This document shows, in pieces, positions 46,144 through 56,308 of a DNA stretch of 64,000 bases (the first letter of the stretch is position 1; each line of letters starts with the position of its first letter). The position numbers and the translations under genes were made by a program. Origin of the DNA: an uncultured Gemmatimonadales bacterium. Lineage in GTDB: Bacteria; Gemmatimonadota; Gemmatimonadetes; Gemmatimonadales; GWC2-71-9. The notes beneath the pieces are model-generated. The model had not been told where the DNA came from. It made no database searches and saw only the letters and a list, made by a program, of their open reading frames with translations. The DNA is taken from NCBI GenBank assembly GCA_963728915.1, contig CAVSLV010000002.1, forward strand, positions 352,001 through 416,000, read 5' to 3'.

Positions 46144-48412
46144 GGCGGCTGCCCGGCCACCAGTTCCAGTTTCCTGCGAGGTGCATGAACGCGGGGACCA
46201 GCACCATCCGGATCAGGGTCGCGTCGAGGAGCACCGCCACCGCGAGCGCGAATCCGAGGAACTGCACCACCAGCACCCGCGCGAACGCGAACGCTCCGAA
46301 GACGATGAACATGATCAGAGCCGCCGAGGTGATGACCGAGGCGGTCGCGCTCACGCCTTCCATGGTGGCTTCGCTGTTCCGCCCCGAGTGATCGAAGGCT
46401 TCCTTGATGCGGGAGAGCAGGAAAACCTCGTAGTCCATGCTCAATCCAAAGACGACGGCGAATACCAGCACCGGGACCGCCACAAAAATGGCCTCGGCGG
46501 CCCCCTGGCGGCCGAGGACCTGGATTCCTACCCCGTGCTGAAACACCAGGACCATGAGGCCGAAGGTGGCGATCACCGAGAGGGAATTCATCACCACGGC
46601 CTTGATGGGCACCAGGAGCGACCGGAACGCGATGGCCAGCATCACGGCAGTCACCCCCAGCACCATGGCGATGATGGCAGGGAAGCGGCCCAGCAGGTTA
46701 CGCTGAAAATCCACCGCGGCCGCGACGTACCCGCCCACCGCGACGTCGGTTCCACGAAGCTGCCGAATCGATCCGTTATGGGCCAGCTTCCGAACCGAGC
46801 GCACCAGATCCATGGCGGTGGTGAGCGAGACCGAATCGCGGGGAATCACGTCCACCAGCGTCATGCGGTGATCCCGGCTCAGGTATCCGTCGATCGCGTC
46901 GCGATACCGGGCCCGGGCGCTGTCGAGGTTCGAGTAGAGAAGCGAGTAGGCGAGGAGAGACTGTCCCGGCGTCAGGTCGACCAGGCTCCGGATGTCGCGC
47001 ACCCTGGGGTCGGCCCGGAGCGAGTCCGAAAGATTGCGGAGACCACGGAGCGCGGTGAGTCCGGTGGCGTCCTGACCCTCGGGAAACTCCACCAGAATCC
47101 GGACCGGGAAGAGATATCCGGAAACTCCCATGGTGGAGAGCTCGTCGACCGCCTGACCGGCCTCGGTGCTCGACGGCCACCAGTGCCGCGCGGGGAGACC
47201 GATCCGAATCCAGAACAGGGGCAAGGTGAGGATGGCAACCGCGGCGCTTCCCAGGAGCAGGGAACGCACCGGGTGCCGCGACAGGGTGCGGGCCCACTTT
47301 TCCCATACCCTCGGCGAGTGATACCAGATCAGCTTTCGCGCCAGCCAGCGCGGCCGGTCGATCTGGCGGCCCAGGAGGGCAAGCAGGGCGGGGAGGAGGG
47401 TGGTCGCGAGGAGGACCGCGACGCCAACGACCACCAGACCCGCGACGCCGACGCTCTTGATCTCGACCAGCGGCGTCAGCACCAGAGCGCCAAACCCGAC
47501 CATCACCGTGAGCCCGGACGTGAGGACGGCTTTGCCGGCCGTGCGGAAGGTCCGCGCGGCCGCTTCCCGCCGGCGATACCCACGAGTCAGCTCTTCCCGG
47601 AATCGGGTGACGATGAGCAGCGAGTAGTCGATTCCGACCCCAAGCCCCACCATCGTCGTCACGTTGAGCACGAACACCGACATCGGAAGGGATTTGGCGA
47701 GGATCCCGATCGTGGACAGGGAGATCGCTACAGCGAGCACGCCGACCACGAGCGGGAGGATCGCCGCAACCAGCGCGCCGAAGGCCAGCACCAGAACGAC
47801 CATGGTCAGGGGGAGGATGCGCGCTTCCAGGCGCCGGCTGTCCTCCGTGCTGACCGAACGGACATCGAGGTCCAGAGGAGCCCGGCCGGTCACCAGAGCC
47901 CGGTAGTCTCCCCGCCGGGGCACCTTGGCCAGCGCTTCGTTCACCGCGTTCCGGAACGCGGTGACCTGGAGGCCCAGGCTATCGCCCGGCCATTGATCGA
48001 TCGATGCGAGGAGGAAGGTCCGCCTGGCGTCCGGACCCAGGAAGATCGAATCGCCGGTATTTGCAAAACTCAGGAGCGAACGAACGTAGGGCTGTCCGCT
48101 GAGGTGCTCCGCCACGGTGTCCAGCGCGGCACGCGACATGCCTGTCGTGAATGGCCGGGGTCCTTCGATGGTGACCAGGAAGAATTCGCTGAACGGGCGA
48201 TCGAACCGCGTGGTGAGCATCCGATCGGCGCGGGCGGCTTCGGTTTCCCGATCGGCGGCTCCCCGGATGCGAAGCAGCTCGGGCGTGTGTTTGGCCCGCA
48301 CCAGTCCGACGGTCCCGACGACCGCCCAGAAGAACACCACCAGCCAGCGCAACCGGACCACTGCGGCTGCTGCCTGGTTCGGGAGATCCGTAGAGGGAGG
48401 GGGGCTTGGCAA
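46082..48412 (-). CDS. MMPL family transporter
   Basis: GLGVGIDYSL..RFREE and FGLSMDYEVFLLSRIKE; start uncertain. Confidence 0.9.
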   Translation of the reverse strand: MPSPPPSTDLPNQAAAAVVRLRWLVVFFWAVVGTVGLVRAKHTPELLRIRGAADRETEAARADRMLTTRFDRPFSEFFLVTIEGPRPFTTGMSRAALDTVAEHLSGQPYVRSLLSFANTGDSIFLGPDARRTFLLASIDQWPGDSLGLQVTAFRNAVNEALAKVPRRGDYRALVTGRAPLDLDVRSVSTEDSRRLEARILPLTMVVLVLAFGALVAAILPLVVGVLAVAISLSTIGILAKSLPMSVFVLNVTTMVGLGVGIDYSLLIVTRFREELTRGYRRREAAARTFRTAGKAVLTSGLTVMVGFGALVLTPLVEIKSVGVAGLVVVGVAVLLATTLLPALLALLGRQIDRPRWLARKLIWYHSPRVWEKWARTLSRHPVRSLLLGSAAVAILTLPLFWIRIGLPARHWWPSSTEAGQAVDELSTMGVSGYLFPVRILVEFPEGQDATGLTALRGLRNLSDSLRADPRVRDIRSLVDLTPGQSLLAYSLLYSNLDSARARYRDAIDGYLSRDHRMTLVDVIPRDSVSLTTAMDLVRSVRKLAHNGSIRQLRGTDVAVGGYVAAAVDFQRNLLGRFPAIIAMVLGVTAVMLAIAFRSLLVPIKAVVMNSLSVIATFGLMVLVFQHGVGIQVLGRQGAAEAIFVAVPVLVFAVVFGLSMDYEVFLLSRIKEAFDHSGRNSEATMEGVSATASVITSAALIMFIVFGAFAFARVLVVQFLGFALAVAVLLDATLIRMVLVPAFMHLAGNWNWWPGSRLSASRRASSLPPQPPPPEGP

Positions 48413-48453
48413 GACCGAATGGTAGGGCGCTGTATATTCCCTTGCAATCCTTT

Positions 48454-49245
48454 ATGAAGCGTTTTCTCGTCTTTGGCCTGGCCGCGCTGGTCGGGCTCAT
48501 CGTGCTGGATCGCCTCCAGAGAGCCGGCTCCGCTTCCGCCTCCCCGGTCCGGGCGGGGGTGGTCGCGACCGAGCGGATCCATTCACGGGTGGCCGCCACG
48601 CCGCCCACGACGCATGCTTCCGCGCCGGCTGCTCCTTTGGTGGACAGCGCCCGCACCCCGACCATCGATCTGCTGGCCCGGCTCGAAGCGCGGCGACGCC
48701 TGATCGCCGCCCGGAACACCACGTATTTCGATTCGCTCTTCGTCGAAACCGATTCCACGATTCGGCGCTGGGCCGATCCGGCCCTGCTGGTGGTGGCCGT
48801 GCTGCCGGCCGAGCCGGAATACGAGCGCGGCCTGCTCGAGGCGGTGCGGGGAGCGACCAGCGCCTGGGCCTCGGTGCTGGGAGAATTGCGGTTCACCCTG
48901 ACCCGGGACTCCGCGACGGCCCAGATCATCGCCCGTTCGGTGGATCAGCTCGACGGCGAACGGGTCGGCCTGACCGACCTGGAATGGACCCGGAGCGGCG
49001 ACATCCACCAGGCGCGCATCGCGCTGGCCCGCCGGGATCATCGAGGCGCCTCGATTCCCCCTGCGACCGCGCTCGCGGTCGCCCTCCACGAGTTCGGCCA
49101 CGCCTTGGGGCTGCCGCACTCCCCTAACCCGGGAGACGTGATGTTTCCCCGCACCCGCACCGCCACCCTCAGCCCCCGGGATATCGCGACCCTTCGCCTC
49201 CTCTACGAGCTGCCGGCCGGCTCGGTGCGGGAAACCGTGCGATGA
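48454..49245 (+). CDS. Matrixin (M10) family metalloprotease
   Basis: HEFGHALGLPHS with Met-turn DVMFP; N-terminal anchor. Confidence 0.88.
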   Translation: MKRFLVFGLAALVGLIVLDRLQRAGSASASPVRAGVVATERIHSRVAATPPTTHASAPAAPLVDSARTPTIDLLARLEARRRLIAARNTTYFDSLFVETDSTIRRWADPALLVVAVLPAEPEYERGLLEAVRGATSAWASVLGELRFTLTRDSATAQIIARSVDQLDGERVGLTDLEWTRSGDIHQARIALARRDHRGASIPPATALAVALHEFGHALGLPHSPNPGDVMFPRTRTATLSPRDIATLRLLYELPAGSVRETVR

Positions 49246-50378
49246 TACTTCCGGCCCTGTTGCTCCTCCTGCCCGCCTCGTCCGCCGCCGACACCAGCTT
49301 TGCGCCGGTCGCCCGGGTGGTGGAACGAGGGATCCGGGAAGGCGTGTATCCGGGCGCCGTGCTCGTGGTCGGCCGTCGCGACACCATCCTCTATTCCCAG
49401 GGCTTCGGCCACGTGACGTGGTCCGATCGCACTCCCCGTCCCTCGGTGAGAGAGACCCGGTGGGATCTGGCGTCCCTGACCAAGGTGGTGGCCACGACCA
49501 GCGCGGTGCTGGTCCTGGTGGATCAGGGTCGAGTCTCGCTCGATGCCCCGGTGGCGCGGTACCTCTCGCGGTTCAAGGGCGGCCATCGGGACCGAGTGAC
49601 GGTCCGCATGCTGCTCGACCACACCAGCGGGTTGCCGGCGTATCTGCCCTTCTACAAACTGGCGACCACCCGGACCGCCGCGATCGAACGGCTGTATCGG
49701 GAGCCGCTCCGGCATCTCCCCGGGACGGTCATGGAATACAGCGACCTCAACGGGATTCTCCTCGGCCTGCTGGTCGAAAAAGTCGCCGGGTCGCCGCTCG
49801 ACCGCTTCACGAGCAGCGTGGTCTTCGGACCGCTCGGCATGCAGGCGACCGCCTTCGCCCCGGACCTCCCCCGCGGCGTTTCGGTCGCGCCGAGCCGGGC
49901 CAATGCGTGCTGCGCTCCGGCGCGCCGCGTCAACGACGACAATGCCGTCCTGTTCGGGGGAGTCGCGGGACACGCAGGACTGTTCTCCACCGGCGCGGAC
50001 CTGGCCCGCTTTGCCCAGATCTGGCTGGCGAAAGGCGCCCTGCCCGACGCGGTCAAGCCCTGGGTTTCGCCCGCAAGCCTCGAACAATTCCTGCTCCGGC
50101 TTCCGGGAGAACAACGAGCCCTGGGATGGGAAGTCCCCGAGTCGATCCAGGACACCGGGCGCCCTTCGGTCTACGGGAACTCGATCTGCTCCTGCGCGTT
50201 CGGACACACCGGATGGACCGGAACCATGCTCTGGGTCGATCCCACCGCCGACTTGTTCGTCGTGTTCCTCACCAACCGGAGCCTGGATCCGAGGGTCCGG
50301 AATTCGATCCGCGTCCTTCGTGAGCTCCGGAACGAGCTTTCAGAGGAAGTGCTGACCATCGCCAGACGGCGGGGCTAG
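49242..50378 (+). CDS. Serine hydrolase, beta-lactamase/class C-like
   Basis: ASLTK, YSD and GHTGWTG. Confidence 0.88.
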   Translation: MILPALLLLLPASSAADTSFAPVARVVERGIREGVYPGAVLVVGRRDTILYSQGFGHVTWSDRTPRPSVRETRWDLASLTKVVATTSAVLVLVDQGRVSLDAPVARYLSRFKGGHRDRVTVRMLLDHTSGLPAYLPFYKLATTRTAAIERLYREPLRHLPGTVMEYSDLNGILLGLLVEKVAGSPLDRFTSSVVFGPLGMQATAFAPDLPRGVSVAPSRANACCAPARRVNDDNAVLFGGVAGHAGLFSTGADLARFAQIWLAKGALPDAVKPWVSPASLEQFLLRLPGEQRALGWEVPESIQDTGRPSVYGNSICSCAFGHTGWTGTMLWVDPTADLFVVFLTNRSLDPRVRNSIRVLRELRNELSEEVLTIARRRG

Positions 50379-50420
50379 CAAGGCGCTACATTGGAATCGA
50401 AGACCGGTGGGGAGTCCGAT

Positions 50421-50720
50421 ATGCAGCTCACACCCGAAACCATTCGCAAGGCCCTCCGTGGGGTCAAGGATCCGGAGCTGGGCCTCAACATCGTCGACAT
50501 CGGGTTGGTGTACGAGACCGAGGTCAATGACGAAGGCGACGTGAAGGTCAAGATGACCCTCACGTCGCCGGGATGTCCTTCAGGGCCCGAGATCCTCCAG
50601 GATGCGAAGATGGTTCTGGAGGAGCTGGAAGGCGTGCGTAGTGTCCAGGTCGACCTGGTCTGGGAGCCCTACTGGACTCCCGATCGCATGGATCCCAGGG
50701 TCAGGGCCTTTCTGGGCTGA
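50421..50720 (+). CDS. DUF59/SufT-like Fe-S assembly factor
   Basis: DPELGLNIVDIGLVY, TLTSPGCP and VWEPYW. Confidence 0.9.
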   Translation: MQLTPETIRKALRGVKDPELGLNIVDIGLVYETEVNDEGDVKVKMTLTSPGCPSGPEILQDAKMVLEELEGVRSVQVDLVWEPYWTPDRMDPRVRAFLG

Positions 50721-50721
50721 G

Positions 50722-52005
50722 CTAGGGCGATTCCGCCAGCTCCTTCAGCAGACTCTTCACTCGCTCATCGTCGAGCCGCGCCAGCCGGCTGATCAGAGAA
50801 CGGCGCACACTGGCGTCGGTTTCGCTCCGCGCGATCCGGATCAGGGCATCGATCGCCGCCCGGTCTCCATTCTTGAACAGCGCGCCGATGGCCGCTTCTT
50901 TGCCCCGGCGGTCGGGAGACTGCTGGTAGAGCTTGTCGAGCTGGGGACTCGTCGCGCCGGCCCGCTCGGCGGCTTCGACCGCCTGGCCGCGAAGATCGGC
51001 GGGGGTATTCTCATCCGCCGCAATCCCGAGCAACCACTGCAGGTTCGCGCTTCCACCTTGTTCCCCGACCGACGAGAGTATCGCCCGCCGCGAATCGATG
51101 GAAGCGAGGGTGGCGTACTTGTCCCGCAGCAGCTCGATATCCTTGGCCGACGCGTATTGCCCGCCGAACCCCCTGATCACCGTGACCCGGAGCTTGTCGG
51201 GAAGATTCGGATCGCCCAGCGCGGTGCGCAGGTAGGCGCGGGCCCTGGGGTCGCCCGAATTGGCCATGGCCTGGACCGCGGCATCCCGGAGCCACGGATC
51301 GCTGCCGCCCGCCATCCGGGTCAGTTCGGTGAGATCGGCGCGCTGGTTCCGCGCCAGCACCGAGACCGCCTGCTGGCGGATCGAGCTGGTCTCACTCTGG
51401 TCGCCCGCGATCGCGACCAGCGCGGAGGACACCCGGCGGGCATCCTCTGCCGAGATGCGTTCGAGCTCCCGTCCGAGCCAGCTCAGCGCGCCCTGGCGAA
51501 CCGACCGCGACAAGTCGCGGTTCCTGCTCAGCCCGAGCAGGTTGGGCCATACCGTCGCGCTGTCGGCGAGCACGGCGGGGAGGATCGCCTCGCGGGCCGG
51601 GCGGCCCTCGGCGCGGGCCGCGAGATCGAGCAGGTATTCCGAAGCGGCCGGAGCGGAAACCGGTCCGAGATCGGTGACTCCCTCGGTCGGGGTTTCCGGG
51701 GCGATTTCAGTCTCGATTCCCACCACCTGACCGGCGGTGCGGGTGATGCGCACCACCACCGGCCCATGCTGGCAGACCCGGTCGAAGCCGTCGGTGTATC
51801 CGCCGTTCGAGATGTAGGTGGAACGCCCGACCTGGAGCGACGACCCTAACCCGCAGACGTCGCCCCGCGCGGCGAAGCGGAACTGGACCCGGCCGTCGCC
51901 CCCGCCTTCCACCCGGGACCGGAGGCCGGCCTGGGCGGTCAGTCCGGCGCAACCGGCCAGGCTCGCCACCGAGGCCAGCCCGAGAATACGGCGTCGGGCA
52001 TTCAT
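50722..52005 (-). CDS. HEAT-repeat lipoprotein
   Basis: Lipobox LAGC and repeated VRQ.A...L helical units. Confidence 0.75.
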   Translation of the reverse strand: MNARRRILGLASVASLAGCAGLTAQAGLRSRVEGGGDGRVQFRFAARGDVCGLGSSLQVGRSTYISNGGYTDGFDRVCQHGPVVVRITRTAGQVVGIETEIAPETPTEGVTDLGPVSAPAASEYLLDLAARAEGRPAREAILPAVLADSATVWPNLLGLSRNRDLSRSVRQGALSWLGRELERISAEDARRVSSALVAIAGDQSETSSIRQQAVSVLARNQRADLTELTRMAGGSDPWLRDAAVQAMANSGDPRARAYLRTALGDPNLPDKLRVTVIRGFGGQYASAKDIELLRDKYATLASIDSRRAILSSVGEQGGSANLQWLLGIAADENTPADLRGQAVEAAERAGATSPQLDKLYQQSPDRRGKEAAIGALFKNGDRAAIDALIRIARSETDASVRRSLISRLARLDDERVKSLLKELAESP

Positions 52006-53846
52006 GGCTTCTCCACCAATTCGCGAATGTAGGTCATCGCCTTGGCGTCCTTCCGGCGCATCAGGGCATTGATGGCTTGACGCCGGACACTGGGATCGGT
52101 GCTGGTCTTGGCGATGTCGATGAGCTTGTCGGTCGCCTTGTCGTCGTCGATCCCGGCCAGCTGACCGACGATGGTGTTCCGGAATTCCCGCTCGCTGAGC
52201 GCGTCATAGAGGCGGCCGAGATCCTCGACCGAGAGACTCTTGATCCGGGAGAGCGCCTCCCGGCGCAGGTAGCTGTCTTCGGAGGAGTTCTTGACCAGGT
52301 TGGTGAGCCACTGGTCGTTTGCCGGACCACCGGCTCGTCCCAGCGTCGAGATGATCGTGCTCTTGATGGTACGAGAATCGGTTTTGGGGTAGAGGTTTCG
52401 GAGGAAGGCGGCGTCCTCCTCCTCCAGCGCGTACTCGCTGCCACGCCGCGCCGCGTCTGCATTGGCCGCTGCCGCGGCCATCGGAGTCGAGCCGGACGCG
52501 GTGCGGGTTCCATTCGACCAGGCATAGGTGAAGGAGGAAGCCGAGGCCCCGCCGAGCTGGGAGATCGCCTGGGCTCGCATCCGCTCCGGCAGGTCGGACC
52601 GCTCGATGATCGACCGCAACGCGGCGCGAGAGTCCGGACCGCCCCGGGACCGGAGCGCGGAAAGCACGGCCTGGCGGGTACGCTCCTCTTCCGCCGAATT
52701 GAAGAGCTGGAGCAGCATCTGGCTGTTCACCGACGCGATACTCGAGCGACCCAACTGGGAAATCGCGTCGCTCCGGACGGACGGATCGGGATCGTTCTTT
52801 GCCACCTCGAGCAGATCGTTCACCGACTGCTGAGTGCCGTTGCGCCCGATCAGGTACACCGCCCGGCGGCGCAGGGCCACCGAGCACTCGTCCCGGCGAG
52901 CCAGAACCCGCTTGAGCGCCTCGTTGGCATTCTCGGGGTCCAGCTGGGTCAGCGCGTTCAATGCCTCGGCGCGCACCGACATGTCTTCTTCGTCGCAGGT
53001 CTGCCCCGAGGAAGTGGCGGCCCGGAGGGCTGAAGCGGCGCTTGCATCACCTCGTGCGGCGAGGGCGGCATACACCCGGGTTCGCAGCGCTCCCACGTCG
53101 GGGTCGGCGGCCTCCTCCGGATACTTGTCCTGCATCGCGCGCAGAGACTCCAGGGCGCTGCGGAGATTCTCGGTCGAGCCGGAGCGGTACAGCGCGAAGG
53201 CGCGGTAGTAGGGGGCGATCGGAGCGAATCTGGATTTCGGGTACTTCTGCTCGATGCTCTGGAACAGAGTCGCCGCCCGCCCGTATTCCCCGCGATTCAG
53301 GGCCTCCCGCGCGGAGCGATACAATGAGTCCTCCGGGGTGCCCTGGAGCGGCCGCAGGTTCTCGAATTTGAGGGTCCACGGATCATCCTGGAACCGATCC
53401 AGGACATAGGCCTGTTCCATGGCCTGCCTGGTTGCCTGTTCGGTCAGGCGCTGGATGTCTTCGGTATTGATACGCGCGGCCATCTCCGCCCCGAGCTGAT
53501 CGGCCCGGAGTCGCATCGCGTCGACCTTCCCCATTTCGAGCTGGGAGAGGTTCTCGAGGCGGGGGAGAATATCGAGGGAGGGGAGATTGTCGAGGGAGGG
53601 GAGATTGTCGAGCTCCCTGAGATGGCCGATCCGGAGCCGCACGGCATCGGATTCAAGTTTGGCCCGAAGCTCATCGACGTCGCGGAGGTCCCACTCACTG
53701 GGTGGAATCGGGGTGAGCCTGGGAGCCGGCCGGGGCGAAGGGGCTGGTTTTGGCGGCGGGGCCGGCTGTTGGGCCGTGAGCCCCCCGGTCCCGAGCAGCG
53801 TAAGTGCGACGATCGAGAACATCCGCATAGGTATCCTGCCCATCAT
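52002..53846 (-). CDS. Secreted TPR + HEAT-repeat protein
   Basis: Signal peptide, Pro-rich linker, LYRSAREALNRGEY TPR and DPSVR HEAT units. Confidence 0.78.
   Translation of the reverse strand: MMGRIPMRMFSIVALTLLGTGGLTAQQPAPPPKPAPSPRPAPRLTPIPPSEWDLRDVDELRAKLESDAVRLRIGHLRELDNLPSLDNLPSLDILPRLENLSQLEMGKVDAMRLRADQLGAEMAARINTEDIQRLTEQATRQAMEQAYVLDRFQDDPWTLKFENLRPLQGTPEDSLYRSAREALNRGEYGRAATLFQSIEQKYPKSRFAPIAPYYRAFALYRSGSTENLRSALESLRAMQDKYPEEAADPDVGALRTRVYAALAARGDASAASALRAATSSGQTCDEEDMSVRAEALNALTQLDPENANEALKRVLARRDECSVALRRRAVYLIGRNGTQQSVNDLLEVAKNDPDPSVRSDAISQLGRSSIASVNSQMLLQLFNSAEEERTRQAVLSALRSRGGPDSRAALRSIIERSDLPERMRAQAISQLGGASASSFTYAWSNGTRTASGSTPMAAAAANADAARRGSEYALEEEDAAFLRNLYPKTDSRTIKSTIISTLGRAGGPANDQWLTNLVKNSSEDSYLRREALSRIKSLSVEDLGRLYDALSEREFRNTIVGQLAGIDDDKATDKLIDIAKTSTDPSVRRQAINALMRRKDAKAMTYIRELVEKP
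53541..53612. repeat. 18-bp intragenic tandem repeat (LDNLPS x2 plus 2 degenerate units)
   Basis: ggaggggagattgtcgag occurs twice at 53577-53612. Confidence 0.75.
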
Positions 53847-54463
53847 GGTTCAGAGGTGAGGTTTTCGGCGAGCATGACCCGCAGCCGCGGGAGCACCTCG
53901 CGTTGGTCGAGTGCCTGGTCGATCAGATAGACATCGGGTGCGTCCGCACGGGTCGGCAAGCGAACGATCTGGGCGAGCACCAGCTCCAGGTCGTCCAGCA
54001 GGTTCCGGAGATGCGGGTCGTTGATATCGGGGGAATCGAGCAGCAGCCGAGTGGTCGCCAGCAGGTCGCGGGCTCGCTCGTTGGTTCCTTCGAGCGGGTG
54101 ACCCTTGCGGGACTCGTCGGTGAGATTGACCAGCAGGGCGGTCACCCGCTCGAGGTAGTTGGTGGCAACTCCCACGAACGCGGGCTGGTCCGCCGCTCGC
54201 TGGCCAAGAGCCGCCACCTGTTCGGCGGGGATGACGGGTCGGGAGGATTGCAACAGATTCGGCACAATCTGTCCGATGCCGAAACCCAGGATGAGGGTTG
54301 CCGCGAGCGGCAAAAGCGACCGGGTCCAGTGGTGCGAGCGAACGGCCGGGCCGAATGCCCGGGCCTCGATGGTCTCCCACATTTCGGCCATGGGAGGCTC
54401 CGGGGGAACCCGCCAGGTGTCCTTGAGCTCCGCGAGCTGTTCCTGCAGTTCCTTCTCGTCCAT
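53843..54463 (-). CDS. Putative single-TM anti-sigma factor
   Basis: Follows the ECF sigma; MWETIE cytoplasmic part, one TM, helical periplasmic part LLDDLELVLAQI. Confidence 0.6.
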   Translation of the reverse strand: MDEKELQEQLAELKDTWRVPPEPPMAEMWETIEARAFGPAVRSHHWTRSLLPLAATLILGFGIGQIVPNLLQSSRPVIPAEQVAALGQRAADQPAFVGVATNYLERVTALLVNLTDESRKGHPLEGTNERARDLLATTRLLLDSPDINDPHLRNLLDDLELVLAQIVRLPTRADAPDVYLIDQALDQREVLPRLRVMLAENLTSEP

Positions 54464-54477
54464 CGATGCGTTCCTCG

Positions 54478-55014
54478 CTACAGGTCCCGCCCGATTCCGG
54501 CGAGCGCTTCGCGAAGTCGCGTGCGCCCTTCCGCCAGCCGGGCCTTACTGGTGCCCTCGGGGATCCCCAGGGTCTCGGCAATCTCCCGATGGGTAAATCC
54601 TTCGACGTCGTGCATCACGACCGGCACCCTGAGACGAATCGGCAACCGCTCGAGCTCGATCCGCAACCGATCGCGGAGATGCGGATCGCCGGTGGAGGCC
54701 GGCGCCGGGTGACTCTCGGCGAACGTCAGCTCCCGTTCCCGACTGCGCAGCCGTTTGACCTTCCGAAGTCCGGTGAACAGCATGGACATCGCCACCGCAT
54801 GCAGCCAGGTCGTAAAGGCCGCCTCTCCCCGGAACTGGTCGAGCCGCTGGAACACCCGAACGAACGTGTCCTGGGTGTATTCCCGCGCCATTTCTTCATC
54901 CCCCACGGTTCGATACAGCAGCCGATAGACTCGTGGCGCATGCCGCTCGTAGAGCCGATGGGCTGCCATCCGGTCCCCCGCGCGGGCACCGGCGATCAGT
55001 TCAAGGTCATTCAC
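54478..55014 (-). CDS. ECF RNA polymerase sigma factor
   Basis: QDTFVR, FTTWLH and HREIAETLGIPEGTSKARL. Confidence 0.93.
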   Translation of the reverse strand: MNDLELIAGARAGDRMAAHRLYERHAPRVYRLLYRTVGDEEMAREYTQDTFVRVFQRLDQFRGEAAFTTWLHAVAMSMLFTGLRKVKRLRSRERELTFAESHPAPASTGDPHLRDRLRIELERLPIRLRVPVVMHDVEGFTHREIAETLGIPEGTSKARLAEGRTRLREALAGIGRDL

Positions 55015-55065
55015 TACACCGTCCCTGGCGGCCGTCCTGGGGATCCCCGGGCTTCGGAAGAGTGG

Positions 55066-55092
55066 GACGCCGCATTGGCGAAATCGGTTGGC
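55066..55092 (-). promoter_or_regulatory. Candidate autoregulatory ECF promoter
   Basis: Minus strand GCCAAC-17nt-CGTC (AAC..CGT ECF pattern). Confidence 0.5.
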
Positions 55093-55140
55093 AATTCGGA
55101 GATCTCGCAGGCGATAACTTAGTAGTTGTAATACAAACTA

Positions 55141-56262
55141 CTATAGACTTGAAAGGAGTCGCTCACCCAGAAGCTCGGTTTGCCACTTCCTGATCCCCGG
55201 AACCTCACCCAAGGTCGCCGAGTCCGACGGTACCGCCCGAGCGATGGCCTCGAGGAGCCAGTTGGGAGCGACGATCCCTGGCGGGAGGTCGAGTCGAACC
55301 GCCTCCTCGGACCGCACCTGCTTGAGCCTTTCCAGGCGAACCTCGAACCCGGGGTCCGGTCTATGTCTGGGTTGTCTCGGGTACCTGGGAAGCTTGGGAT
55401 CCGGCAGGTCTTTTCCGCGCTCGATCGCGGCGAGAATCGGGTCAGCCTGGCGCTCGCGGATCCCGCGACCGAGCCCGCGCACCGCCCCGAGCGCCTTGAC
55501 GTTGGCCGGAGGGTGTCGCGCCATGTCGAACAGGGATTCGTTCCCCGCAATTCGGAACGGCGCCCGATCGAGCGATCGGGCCACTCCATCTCGCCAGAGG
55601 TAGAGCTCCCGGAACACGGCGAGCTCCCTCGGTGACAGGCGCCGGGCGCCTTTCACCTCGAGCGCCGCGACCTCGGGAGGATCGGGGTCCCGCCACCTGA
55701 CCTTGGTCAGCGCTTCGAACTCCTCCTCGGCCCAGGCGAGCCTCCCCGCGGTGCGCAGCCGCTCTCGAAGCAGGTCTCGCAGCTCGGGCAGATAGCGCGT
55801 GTCGGTTGCGGCATACTCGAGCATCTCGGCGGACAGCGGCCGGGCCGACCAGTCGGCGCGCTGGTATTTCTTGTCGAGCGCGATGTGGAAGTACTTCTCG
55901 AGCAGCGCGGCCAGGCCGATAGCGCTCTCGTTGAGAAGCTGGGCCGCTACCCGGGTATCGAAGATCCGGCCGGCACGATACCCGAACTCGCGGGCCAGGA
56001 GGCGGAGGTCGTAGTCGGCGTCATGAAAAACAACTTCGATCCCGGGATCGAGCAGGAGCCGGTCGAACCCGGGTAACCCATCAACCGCAAGTGGATCGAC
56101 GATCCAGGTCCCGGTCCGGCTGGAAAGCTGGAGCAGGTAGACCCGGTCCTGATAGCGATGGAAGCTCGCCGCCTCGGTATCGGCAGCGAGGAGAACCTCG
56201 TGGCTCAGCTGTTCAGTCAGTCTGGCGAAATCGGCCGGCGTGACCACGAGCTCCGCGCTCAT
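55141..56262 (-). CDS. rnd: Ribonuclease D
   Basis: ADTE, HDADYD, DWSARPL, YAATD and HRDC domains. Confidence 0.9.
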   Translation of the reverse strand: MSAELVVTPADFARLTEQLSHEVLLAADTEAASFHRYQDRVYLLQLSSRTGTWIVDPLAVDGLPGFDRLLLDPGIEVVFHDADYDLRLLAREFGYRAGRIFDTRVAAQLLNESAIGLAALLEKYFHIALDKKYQRADWSARPLSAEMLEYAATDTRYLPELRDLLRERLRTAGRLAWAEEEFEALTKVRWRDPDPPEVAALEVKGARRLSPRELAVFRELYLWRDGVARSLDRAPFRIAGNESLFDMARHPPANVKALGAVRGLGRGIRERQADPILAAIERGKDLPDPKLPRYPRQPRHRPDPGFEVRLERLKQVRSEEAVRLDLPPGIVAPNWLLEAIARAVPSDSATLGEVPGIRKWQTELLGERLLSSL

Positions 56263-56308
56263 CGTTCAAAGGTAGCGGGGCCTCCGTGGTCGGCCGTAGC
56301 TTACCTGC

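Noticed and set aside
49242..50378. Beta-lactam resistance gene
   Set aside because: The motifs fit the broad serine hydrolase family (YSD rather than YxN), so there is no basis for a resistance call.
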